Origin: Candidatus Tethybacter castellensis
Lineage (GTDB): Bacteria > Pseudomonadota > Gammaproteobacteria > Tethybacterales > Tethybacteraceae
Direction of reading: 5' to 3'
Assembly: GCA_036679665.1 (NCBI GenBank)
Contig: JAZHEJ010000058.1
Coordinates: 12,976 to 49,641 of the forward strand
Length of the DNA stretch: 36,666 nt
Positions 18,216-27,619 of the stretch are shown piece after piece. Both the position numbers and the translations under genes were made by a program. Numbering within the stretch: the first letter of the stretch is position 1; every line of letters begins with the position of its first letter. Under the pieces are notes generated by a model. That model searched no databases. It saw only the letters and a list, made by a program, of their open reading frames with translations, and had not been told where the DNA came from.

Positions 18216-20171
18216 ATGCGTATTATAGAAATCAACATTGAGTATTGGCGCAATTTTGCAAACCTGAAGCTTAAACTGGACAGCGATGCGCGGCTTGTAT
18301 GTATAGTTGGCGGCAACGGCACAGGCAAAACCCATCTGCTGGAGCTGCTTGGTGCTTGTGCACATAAACTTGGACTTTCTCAAGGGATTGAGCTTTCGCG
18401 TAGGGACCCTTTCTCCGAAAGGCACAAGTTTTCGCTTCAGTTTTATCTTGCGAAAGGAATCAATACCGACATTGATCAGGGAATGGTTGAACACGATTGG
18501 CACACTCAGTGGGACCGTACCCTAACAATTTGTAGCGAGAAGTCTCAACGAAGCAATGACCCTAAAACCACTGTTGATGCAGGAGGTATTGTTGGGAATC
18601 CGGATTACACGGCGGAGTCTTGTGCGAGGCAGATAGTCGAGCGAATCAAAGCTTCGGAATCTGTACACTTTCTTTCACTTGACGCTAATCGAGCATATCC
18701 GAAGAAGGTAATTAAACATCATGAAATGGCAGCAGCGTATGAAGTAGATTGGAGGGGTGCTGAATACACCAAGAATAGGTCATATATGGCCTCAAGTACC
18801 CTGTACGATGAGTGGGTCAAGTATTTTCTAACCCAGGAAAATAAAGCCGGGACGCGCCTGATTCAAGCTAGCAGAAGAGCTCAAGCAACTGGTGGCGATA
18901 GGCCAGAGTTTCAGGACCATTATCAAGCTTACAAGACATCTTTGCAGAAAGTTCTGCCTCATCTGACATTCACAGGCGTTGACTTACAAAAAAAAATACT
19001 ACTATTTGATGTATCAGACTCAGAGTTGTCGTTCGATCAGCTCAGCGGCGGGGAACGCGAGATAGCATTTCTCATTGGTCAAATTGATCGATTTGGTTTG
19101 CGACAAGGCTTATTCTTGTTGGATGAGCCTGAACACCACTTGAACGCTGACTTGATTCGTGAATGGGTTGGTTACCTAACCAGTACAGTGGAAACAGGAC
19201 AAATCTGGCTTGCTACACACTCTCTTGAAGCTGTAGAGGCGGCCGGGCAACAATCTACCTTTGTTTTGGAGCGCAATGAGCAATCCCGGCTTGTTGATAG
19301 CGTTGTAAGACTAGATTCACAACCGGTTCTTTCTGCCCTTTCCCGATCTGTCGGGACACCGGCATTTTCTATTTCCCAATTGAGATTTGTCTTTATAGAA
19401 GGTGAAGAAGCAGTAGGTGAGCGAGAGCGATTCAGAAACCTCGCAGGGTCGCCGCAAGATAAAGATATAAGGTTCATGGAGTGCGGATCGTGCGAGGAAG
19501 TTATGCGCCGAGTAAAAGCAATTCGCACTATAGCGCGTGAAAGCAATGTGGAGATTCGTGTTGCAGGCGTAGTAGATAAGGATTTTCGCATGGATTACCA
19601 AGCTGCCAGGTTTTCGAAAGATAATGATATTCATGTTTTAACTGTTCATGAGGTCGAAAACTTCTTTTTGCATACTGAGACACTCCAAGCACTGCTTAAA
19701 CAAAATGGTAACGAAGGCTTGAAGCCAGAAGAACTTATTCGGAGCGCGTCTGATCTGCGAGCCGGGTGCTGGATATTTCAACACGCAATGGCACTGGATT
19801 TAGCCTGTGAACTACCTGAGATTCCGCTACTTGCAAAAAAGTATTTAAAGGGCCTAAATTGGGATCAGATATCACCAAATGAGAATGACATAATTAAGAC
19901 GACATTGGGACACTGCCAATTCGATAAAAAGGTCGCCACTACCTTCCGGCGCTTTCTCACGGTCTCGGTTCGCTCGTACAAAAAGAGGAGGAGCAAGCCT
20001 GATCTATGGAAACAGTGTGAAGGCAAGCAAGTCCTTAACGAGATTGCATCTAAAGTCGGGTTTGCAGACTCACACTCTCTGATTTCAGCTGCGTTTACTT
20101 ACTGGGAAAACAACAAGAATCTTCTTCCTGATGAAATTTTAACATTCCGAGAATACTTGTCTAAAATCTAA
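18216..20171 (+). CDS. ABC-type ATPase fused to a TOPRIM-like nuclease domain (OLD/PARIS AriAB-like)
   Basis: Walker A GGNGTGKT, LSGGE, LLDEPE, ATHS. The C-terminal half has the TOPRIM motifs FIEGE, VVDKDF (DxD) and HEVENFFL. A GGAG RBS sits in the 14-bp gap after the peptidase gene. Confidence 0.75.
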   Translation: MRIIEINIEYWRNFANLKLKLDSDARLVCIVGGNGTGKTHLLELLGACAHKLGLSQGIELSRRDPFSERHKFSLQFYLAKGINTDIDQGMVEHDWHTQWDRTLTICSEKSQRSNDPKTTVDAGGIVGNPDYTAESCARQIVERIKASESVHFLSLDANRAYPKKVIKHHEMAAAYEVDWRGAEYTKNRSYMASSTLYDEWVKYFLTQENKAGTRLIQASRRAQATGGDRPEFQDHYQAYKTSLQKVLPHLTFTGVDLQKKILLFDVSDSELSFDQLSGGEREIAFLIGQIDRFGLRQGLFLLDEPEHHLNADLIREWVGYLTSTVETGQIWLATHSLEAVEAAGQQSTFVLERNEQSRLVDSVVRLDSQPVLSALSRSVGTPAFSISQLRFVFIEGEEAVGERERFRNLAGSPQDKDIRFMECGSCEEVMRRVKAIRTIARESNVEIRVAGVVDKDFRMDYQAARFSKDNDIHVLTVHEVENFFLHTETLQALLKQNGNEGLKPEELIRSASDLRAGCWIFQHAMALDLACELPEIPLLAKKYLKGLNWDQISPNENDIIKTTLGHCQFDKKVATTFRRFLTVSVRSYKKRRSKPDLWKQCEGKQVLNEIASKVGFADSHSLISAAFTYWENNKNLLPDEILTFREYLSKI

Positions 20172-20734
20172 AAGCGAGAGGTTATGAGTAGCGATTGCCA
20201 GAAAGCCCAGTAGCGACCCATATTTAGGAGTTGCTAATGAAATTCTGGAACTGCCCGACTTCAGGTGCTTCCCCTTGCAGAAGCGTAGGTCTACTCATGT
20301 TCACTGAAACAGTGCCGATGCAATGATAACGCCACCTGCCGCGAGTCCACCTTTCACAAATGAATCGGCGGCATCAACTATTCCTGAGCCGAAGGATTTT
20401 TTGGCGATCAACTCATTGCTCGACCAAGAGGGTGGCGCATTTTTAAGTATGGTTTTAGCAACCGCATCATTCCGCTACTCGCTGACCAACTGCCTAGCGC
20501 GATGGCGCCCACCTTTCTGGAGAATCCAGAAAATGTGGCGTCTGCTTCTTGATCAGCTTTTCTCTGAGGCCGATCATTGAATCTTCCCACCGCTGCTTGC
20601 AATAGGGGTTTCCCCAGGTTGGTGGTGAGGCTGAATCATATTCCGTATCTCTGACGACATTGTAGGCCAGCCAGTAATTAGACTGATAGGGCGCAACATG
20701 TCGTAGTAACCTGAAGATCAAGATAGACGTGAAA

Positions 20735-22309
20735 TCATTCCCATTCAATCGTTGCAGGCGGCTTGGAAGTAACATCATAAACAACCCGGTTGATCTGCTT
20801 TATTTCATTGGTGATTCGCGCTGAGCAATTAGCCAACAGATCATCAGGAATACGTGCCCAGTCAGCGGTCATAAAGTCAGCGGTGCACACCGCACGCAAA
20901 GCAAGCACGTTTTCATAGGTGCGATTGTCGCCTTGCACTCCCACCGCCGACACCGGCAAAAGCACAACAAACGCCTGCGCAACTTTGTCATACCAGCCGC
21001 GACTTTTGAGCTCTTCAATAAAAATCGCGTCGGCTGCCCTGGCAATCTCCAAACGTTCGCGGGTCACTTCGCCGAGAATTCGCACCGCGAGACCGGGTCC
21101 CGGAAACGGATGTCTTCCCAACACTTCCTGATTTACGCCCAAAGTCGCGCCCAACACGCGCACCTCGTCTTTGAACAATAAGCGTAAAGGTTCGATAATT
21201 TTGATGTTCAGCTTTTCAGGCAGACCGCCAACGTTGTGATGAGACTTGATCGACGAAGCCAAACCCCCGGGTGATCCTGCCGACTCGATAACGTCCGGAT
21301 AAATAGTGCCCTGGGCAAGCCACTGAACCTCGCCCGATTGCTTGGCCTCGCGCTCTAGCACCCGGATAAAGGTATGCCCGATCGCTTTGCGTTTTTGCTC
21401 AGGGTCAATCAAACCTGCTAGCGCGTCAATAAATTCAGTTGCGGCATCGACACATATCAACCGATCACCCAGATGCGCAAAAGTTTGCCTTGTTTGCTCC
21501 ACTTCTTGAGCGCGCATCAATCCGTTATCAACCAGCACACATACTAACTGTCCGGGTATCGCGCTTTCAAGCAATGCCGCGGCTACCGCCGAATCAACCC
21601 CGCCGGAAAGCGCCAGCAACACTTTTTCGTCGCCCACTTGCGCACGTATTTGCGCAGCGGCTCGTTGTTCGTAAGACGGCATCGTCCAGCTCGTTGCGCA
21701 ACCACAGATGTCAAACGCGAAACGGCGCAGCATATCGATACCTCCTTTGGTGTGGGTCACTTCCGGATGAAACTGCAATCCGTACAATTTTTTCGCCTCG
21801 TTGGCCATCGCCATGACCGGTGTTGAATCGCCTTCGGCAAGTAACGTGAAACCATCCGGCAATTTGCTGACTTGATCGCCGTGACTCATCCAAACCGGCA
21901 AGGACTCGCTATGAGACTCAGCGTCGAACAACGCCGAACCATTAGTCAGCCGCGCCAAACTCTGCCCGTAGCTGCGCCGATCAGCGCACGGTTGCACCTG
22001 GCCGCCCAACACCTTGGTCATGGCCTGCATACCGTAGCAGATCGCCAACACCGGAACACTGCCGTCGACTAACTGTGGATCTAGTTGCGGGGCGTCGGCG
22101 CAGGTTGCAGAACCGGGCCCGCCGGAAAGCACGAGACCTTGAAACGCTCCGGGTTCATTTAGCTTTGCGTCTTTGGGCCCTAGCACTTCGCTAAACACTT
22201 CAAGCTGGCGCAACCGGCGCGCGATCAACATCGTATACTGCGACCCAAAATCAACGACCGCAATCTTTGCCACAACGTTTTCGGCGGACGCAAATCGCGA
22301 CTTAGTCAA
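20735..22309 (-). CDS. guaA: GMP synthase (glutamine-hydrolysing)
   Basis: DFGSQY, SGGP, ICYGMQ (catalytic Cys), QFHPEV, ALSGGVDS, QGTIYPD, KSHHNVGGLP, RHPFPGPGL, KPPATIEWE. The TTG start is uncertain. Confidence 0.98.
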   Translation of the reverse strand: MTKSRFASAENVVAKIAVVDFGSQYTMLIARRLRQLEVFSEVLGPKDAKLNEPGAFQGLVLSGGPGSATCADAPQLDPQLVDGSVPVLAICYGMQAMTKVLGGQVQPCADRRSYGQSLARLTNGSALFDAESHSESLPVWMSHGDQVSKLPDGFTLLAEGDSTPVMAMANEAKKLYGLQFHPEVTHTKGGIDMLRRFAFDICGCATSWTMPSYEQRAAAQIRAQVGDEKVLLALSGGVDSAVAAALLESAIPGQLVCVLVDNGLMRAQEVEQTRQTFAHLGDRLICVDAATEFIDALAGLIDPEQKRKAIGHTFIRVLEREAKQSGEVQWLAQGTIYPDVIESAGSPGGLASSIKSHHNVGGLPEKLNIKIIEPLRLLFKDEVRVLGATLGVNQEVLGRHPFPGPGLAVRILGEVTRERLEIARAADAIFIEELKSRGWYDKVAQAFVVLLPVSAVGVQGDNRTYENVLALRAVCTADFMTADWARIPDDLLANCSARITNEIKQINRVVYDVTSKPPATIEWE

Positions 22310-23540
22310 CTCGGTAATTCGGAGCTTCTTTGGTGATCTGAATATTATGGACGTGTGATTCGCGTACGCTAGCGGCAGACACCCGCACCACCTTTACGGT
22401 ACGCAGCGAAGGTATATCCGGCCTGCCCAAATAACCCATGGACGCGCGCAAACCGCCGATGATCTGATTGATCGCGTCATGAGCTCTGCCTTTATACGGA
22501 ACTCTGCCTTCAACTCCTTCCGGGACAAGCTTGTCGGTCGGGGTATCGGGTTTTTGAAAATAGCGCTCGGCGCTGCCTTGAAACATCGCGCCGATCGAAC
22601 CCATCCCGCGATAAGATTTATACGCCCGACCTTGATAAAGTTCGATCTCGCCCGGCGCTTCGGTGGTCCCCGCCAACATGCTGCCCACCATCACCGCGTC
22701 GGCTCCGGCGGCCAGCGCCTTGGCCGCGTCGCCGCTAAAGCGAATGCCGCCGTCAGCGATCACTTTGGGCCGTTTACGTCGCTTGGCCGCGGCATCGACC
22801 ACCAGCGCGTCCACCCGCGCGTCGATCAACGCTTGGGCGCGTTCGTGATCTTCCACCCCGACCGCGCCGCCAACCCGCAACTGGCCGAAGGTGTCCTTGC
22901 AGGCATGCGGGTAATGTTCAGACAGCAAAATATCTTTGACCGTCATCAAGCCGCGCAACCGTTGTTTGGCGTCTTCGACGATCACGCTCTCAATGCGATA
23001 CTTATGCATCAGATCGCGCGCTCGCGCCAAGCTGGTGTGCGGACGCACGGTAATCAGACGCTCGCGCGGCGTCATCACCTCATGCAGCTTGCGGCGCGTG
23101 TTTTTTTCAAAACGCAAATCGCGGTTGGTAACAATTCCCACCACCACATCGTTGGCAACCACCGGCAAGCCGGAATAGCCGGTGCGCTCTTTGATCGCCC
23201 ACGCGTCGGCCACGGTCATCTGCGGGCTGACAAACGCGGGCTCGCTCACCACTCCGCTTTCATGTCGCTTGACTTTCGCGATCTCCGCGGCTTGGCTGGA
23301 GCAATCCATATTGCGGTGGACGACCCCGAGTCCTCCCACTTGCGCTAGTTCAATCGCCATCCGCGATTCGGTTACCCGGTCCATCGCCGCCGACAGAAGC
23401 GGAATGCTCAAGAAAAAATTGTCGCTTTTGCGTAATACCGTCGTAAGATCGGCATCGGCGGGCAACACCGCCGAAGCGTCCGGGACCAGCAGGACATCGT
23501 CAAAGGTAAGCGTCAACGGAAACTGACGGGATGCTACCAT
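22302..23540 (-). pseudogene. guaB: IMP dehydrogenase with an in-frame internal deletion removing the catalytic loop
   Basis: LTFDDVLLVP, SAAMD, CBS pair, [17 protein letters not shown] and EGVEG are present. LVVDAA joins directly to [14 protein letters not shown], so the HGHS...GNVAT...GIGPGSICTT...GVPQ block (~75 aa) is absent. This could be an assembly artefact. Confidence 0.8.
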
Positions 23541-23620
23541 CAAAAGATTTTATACCTTGCGCCGTCCGCCGCGGTAGGTACTGAATTGGCGACGCGTAAA
23601 GCGTCCGAAAAATCGAACGA

Positions 23621-24364
23621 TTAATGCATATGCAAGCCGCCGTTGACCGCGAATTCCGCGCCGGTGATGTAGCCGGCGTTCTCATCAATCAAAAAAGCGA
23701 CGGTACGGGCGATTTCACTGGCTTCGCCGAAACGTTGCACCGGGATGCTGGAACGGATTTTCTCACGCACGTCTTCGCGGATTTTCATGACCAGCTCGGT
23801 GGAAATATAACCGGGCGACACCGTGTTGACGGTTACGCCTTTGCGCACCACTTCTTGGGCCAGCGATTTGGTAAAACCGTGCATACCCGACTTGGCGGCG
23901 CTATAGTTGGTCTGGCCGAACTGGCCTTTGGCGGCGTTCACCGAAGATATGTTCACAATCCGACCGTAGCCGTTTTCGATCATCGGACCGATGAACTGTT
24001 TGGTCACGTTGAAGACGCTGGTCAAATTGGTGTCAATCACCTCTTGCCATTGTTGCGGCGTCATCTTGGTAAACACCGCGTCGCGGGTGATGCCGGCCAT
24101 ATTGACCAGACACTCAACCGGCCCGAACTTTTCCGCCACGGCTTTACCAAGTTTTTCGCACGCGTCCCAGTTGACGACATCGCAGTGAAAAACTTCGATG
24201 CCCGGATAACCTTCCTGTTCCTGAGTGTCCTTCCAACGCTTCTCACGCCCGCTGTCATGGACATAGGTCGTCGCGACCTTGTAGCCTTGTTTATGCAAGT
24301 AGCGACACATATCGGTGCCAATGCCGCCCATACCGCCTGTTATCAATACCGTTTTATTGCTCAT
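23621..24364 (-). CDS. phaB: Acetoacetyl-CoA reductase
   Basis: TGGMGGIG, AGITRD, KGQFGQTNYSAAK (YxxxK), VNGGLHM. It follows phaC-phaA. Confidence 0.95.
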   Translation of the reverse strand: MSNKTVLITGGMGGIGTDMCRYLHKQGYKVATTYVHDSGREKRWKDTQEQEGYPGIEVFHCDVVNWDACEKLGKAVAEKFGPVECLVNMAGITRDAVFTKMTPQQWQEVIDTNLTSVFNVTKQFIGPMIENGYGRIVNISSVNAAKGQFGQTNYSAAKSGMHGFTKSLAQEVVRKGVTVNTVSPGYISTELVMKIREDVREKIRSSIPVQRFGEASEIARTVAFLIDENAGYITGAEFAVNGGLHMH

Positions 24365-24406
24365 TTATCTGTTCCTGATGGAGTTTTTCCTTCTTGCTAA
24401 ATTTGG

Positions 24407-25554
24407 TTATACATGGGGATTGGTGAAACACGCCGCGATACCCATGCCCCCGCCGACACATAATGTCGCTAATCCTTTGGCCGCGCCGCGCCGACGCATC
24501 TCATGCAGCAAAGTAACCATAACTCTGCAGCCGGATGCTCCGATCGGATGGCCAAGCGCGATCGCGCCGCCGTTGACGTTAATCTTGGCCGTATCCCAAC
24601 CCATTTCGCGGTTAACCGCAAGCGCCTGAGCGGCAAACGCCTCGTTGGCCTCGATCAAATCAAGATCCTCGTGTTTCCACCCCGCTTTGATCAACGCTTT
24701 TTGGGAAGCCGGCAACGGGCCCATGCCCATGATTTTCGGATCAAGGCCGGCTAGCGCCCCGACTTCAAGTACCGCGATTATGTCCTTGTTTTCCGCTTTG
24801 GCTTGCTCAACGCTCATCACCACCGCCGCCGCCGCGCCGTCGTTGATCCCGGACGCGGTGTTTGCAACTTCTCTACCGTAACTCCGGGTTTGGGAAATTC
24901 GTCCACCTCAAAAACGACCGGATCGCCGCGGCGTTGCGGAATCTCCACGGCAACGATCTCGTCGGTGAATTTTCCTTCCTTCTGAGCAGCTTCCGCTTTT
25001 TGTTGCGAGCCGGCGGCGAATTCGTCTTGCTCTTCGCGGCTCAGCTCATATTTTTTGGCGATGTTTTCCGCGGTTACGCCCATATGGTAATCATTGAACA
25101 CATCCCACAATCCGTCGTTAACCATGGTGTCTACCGCGGTGGTGTTACCCAACCTGAAACCGGCGCGCGAGCCGGGTAACGCGTGCGGAGCGTTACTCAT
25201 GCTTTCTTGACCGCCGGCGACGACGACACTGGCGTCGCCGGCGTTTATCGCCTGCGCGGCAAGCAAGATCGCGCGCAGACCGCTGCCGCAAACGTGATTG
25301 ATGGTCATTGCCGGCGCCGCTTCCGGAATATCCGCGCCAAGCGCGGCTTGACGCGCCGGATTCATGCCGGCCGCGGCGGTGAGTACCTGACCCATGATCA
25401 CTTCGCTAACCTGAGCCGGGTCAACCTGGGCGCGCGACAGCGCCTCTTTAATCGCTATGCTGCCCAATTGGGAAGCGCTAAGGCCGGCGAGCGAGCCGGA
25501 CATATTGCCGATCGCGGTGCGACAGGCTGAGACTATGGCAATGGGTTGGGTCAT
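24407..25554 (-). pseudogene. phaA: Acetyl-CoA acetyltransferase (beta-ketothiolase), split by a ~43-bp frameshifting deletion near 24860
   Basis: The N-part has HVCGSG and GGQESMS and runs to DEFPKPGVTVEKLQ. Another frame resumes with TASGINDGAAAAVVMS...NEAFA...GHPIGASG...TLCVGGG. The conserved LKPAF...GTVTA segment is missing. This could be an assembly artefact. Confidence 0.8.
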
Positions 25555-25582
25555 AATTTAAATTCCTGGCCGGGCACTTTTG

Positions 25583-27337
25583 TCAGTTAATGGGTGGCAA
25601 CGCCGAGGACACATAGGTTCCGGGCGCGTCCTGCAAAGGTCTAAATTTGTAGTTGCCGGCCTGCTTGGCCGCCGCGACCTTGCCGCTCGAGCTTTTGTTC
25701 AACCACTTTACATAGCGGTCCCACCAGCTGCCGTCAACATGCCGTGCGCCTTTGACCCACTGTTGAGGGTTCTTTGGCAACGCGCCGCTTTTTTTGGCGC
25801 ATTGGTAATGGCCTTTTTTCTTGGTGGGCGGACTGACTATCCCGGCGACATGCCCGGATGAAGCAAGCACAAAATCAATCTTGTCGCCCAGCAAAAGCGC
25901 TGAAGCGTAGGCGGCCTGCCACGGCACGATATGGTCGCGTTGGGTGGCGATCACCATCCCCGGCAAAGCCAAGTTGTCAAACCGCACTTTGCTGCCGCAC
26001 ACTTTAATCTTCCCGTTTTTCAGATCATTTTCCAGGTAGGTGCGGCGCAGATACCAAGCGTACATTTTGCCGGGCAAATTGGTCGCGTCGCCGTTCCAGT
26101 GCAATATGTCGAACGGCGCCGGAGTTTCACCTAGCATGTAGTTGCGCACCACATAAGGCCAGACCAGATCATCCGGGCGCAAATAGGCGAAAGTCCGTTG
26201 CAGATCAAGCCCGGAAAACAATCCGCCATCGCGGAATTTTTCGTCCTGGGCATCCACAAAACTTCGTTCGACAAAAAGTCCCACCGTGCCGGTGTCGCAG
26301 AAATCCAAAAAGGAAGTCAGCAACGACATGCTCGCGGCCGCGTTTTGTTTGTTGGATTTCATCACCGACAGCGCGCAAGCCAACAAGGTGCCGCCGATGC
26401 AGTAACCCAACGTATGCACTTTGGCCTGTTTGCTGATCTGACCGACAATGTCGATGGCTTCGATCACGCCGGAAGCGACATAATCGTCCCATTCAAGTTG
26501 CGCATGCTCAGCGGCGGCGTTTACCCATGAAATCAAAAACACCCGATTGCCGCTATCGACTAGATACTTGATCAGCGAGTTGTGCTCCGACAAATCCAAA
26601 ATGTAGTATTTGTTGATGCACGGAGGTACGACCAGCAAAGGTTTGGCGTTAACCTTGGCGGTGGTGGGCGCGTATTCGATCAGTTGCATCAAATGGTTCT
26701 GGAACACCACTTTACCGGCGGTGGTGGCCACGGTTTCGCCGATCGTAAACGCCCCGGGCGGAGTGTGGGAAATAGCTCCTTTTTGCAAATCGTGCAGGTA
26801 ATTTTCAAAACCGCGCTGCAAGTTTTTGCCGCCGCTTTCCAACGTGGCGTCGATCACCTCCGGGTTGGTGGACGCATAGTTGGTCGGCGCCATGGCGCTG
26901 ATCAGCTGCTCGATGATAAAGTCCACCGCTTTTTGCTCGGTTTCATCCAGCTCAACCTGAGCGGACGCCTCGCGCAGCAGCTTGCTGTTGAGTTCATAGT
27001 TTTCACGCAGATAGCGGTAAAACGGATTGGTGGTCCATTTTTCATGGGCAAAGCGGCGATCTTTGTTAGCGGGCTTATCCGCAGGCTCCGCGCCGTTGCC
27101 GCTTTTGGCAATTTCCATCAGCATTTCGCTTTGGCGGACGGTATGAGTCCGAAACAGCTCGGTCATCGCCTCAGGATTGCTAGCTAGCGCGCCGACAAAT
27201 TTGTTCCAAGCGTCCGCAAATCGATTGTCGCTGCATTTGCCAGCCAAGATTTGTGAAAACCCGGCGAATTGCTTAAAAAGCTCGTCGGCGCTCATGTTGC
27301 CTGCGAGCTGAGGCGTATCTTGGTTCGATGCGGACAT
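25583..27337 (-). CDS. phaC: Class I polyhydroxyalkanoate synthase
   Basis: DRRF, PPCINKYYILDL, lipase-like box GYCIGG, DHIVPW, SGHVAG, GSWW, APGTYV. Confidence 0.97.
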   Translation of the reverse strand: MSASNQDTPQLAGNMSADELFKQFAGFSQILAGKCSDNRFADAWNKFVGALASNPEAMTELFRTHTVRQSEMLMEIAKSGNGAEPADKPANKDRRFAHEKWTTNPFYRYLRENYELNSKLLREASAQVELDETEQKAVDFIIEQLISAMAPTNYASTNPEVIDATLESGGKNLQRGFENYLHDLQKGAISHTPPGAFTIGETVATTAGKVVFQNHLMQLIEYAPTTAKVNAKPLLVVPPCINKYYILDLSEHNSLIKYLVDSGNRVFLISWVNAAAEHAQLEWDDYVASGVIEAIDIVGQISKQAKVHTLGYCIGGTLLACALSVMKSNKQNAAASMSLLTSFLDFCDTGTVGLFVERSFVDAQDEKFRDGGLFSGLDLQRTFAYLRPDDLVWPYVVRNYMLGETPAPFDILHWNGDATNLPGKMYAWYLRRTYLENDLKNGKIKVCGSKVRFDNLALPGMVIATQRDHIVPWQAAYASALLLGDKIDFVLASSGHVAGIVSPPTKKKGHYQCAKKSGALPKNPQQWVKGARHVDGSWWDRYVKWLNKSSSGKVAAAKQAGNYKFRPLQDAPGTYVSSALPPIN

Positions 27338-27345
27338 GAATCAAA

Positions 27346-27368
27346 TGCAATTATATTGCACTGCAATA
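27346..27368. promoter_or_regulatory. Putative PhaR/PhbF-type operator upstream of phaC
   Basis: Perfect palindrome TATTGCA-C-TGCAATA (27354-27368, TGC-N3-GCA core) overlapping TGCAAT-TAT-ATTGCA (27346-27360), within 31 bp of the phaC start. Confidence 0.45.
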
Positions 27369-27592
27369 ATATAATCGTTATTTTGGCGTTATATTTGCTC
27401 ACACTCTATATTGGCAATGGATTTTTGCCCCGCAATACTCGCTCCAAATATTTCAAAACGCCATATGAGCATATGGCGCTAAACTTAATTCACCGCATAT
27501 AGTGTTTTTGGTTCATAGAACCTGATTAAGTCATTGTTGTATATAGCGTTACGGAAAAACAACAACAGTGATATGAACATTGCGATTGTTGT

Positions 27593-27619
27593 TTGCACGC
27601 TATTTTTGGTGCTTATAAT
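27593..27619 (+). promoter_or_regulatory. Putative sigma70 promoter of the infC operon
   Basis: TTGCAC (27593-27598) and TATAAT (27614-27619). The 15-bp spacer is short. Confidence 0.35.

Larger units (their letters stand above)
1..20734. mobile_element. Defence/genomic island at the 3' end of guaA (left boundary outside window)
   Basis: Only defence and DNA-processing genes and gene scars occur between the window edge and the guaA stop. Base composition changes sharply between modules. guaA 3' ends are known integration hotspots. No integrase is seen. Confidence 0.65.

Noticed and set aside
24817-24870. Programmed frameshift in phaA
   Set aside because: Conserved codons are physically missing and there is no slippery site, so recoding could not restore the protein.
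22479-27187. Plus-strand ORFs (289, 258 and 201 aa) over guaB, phaB and phaC
   Set aside because: They are antisense shadows of well-conserved genes.
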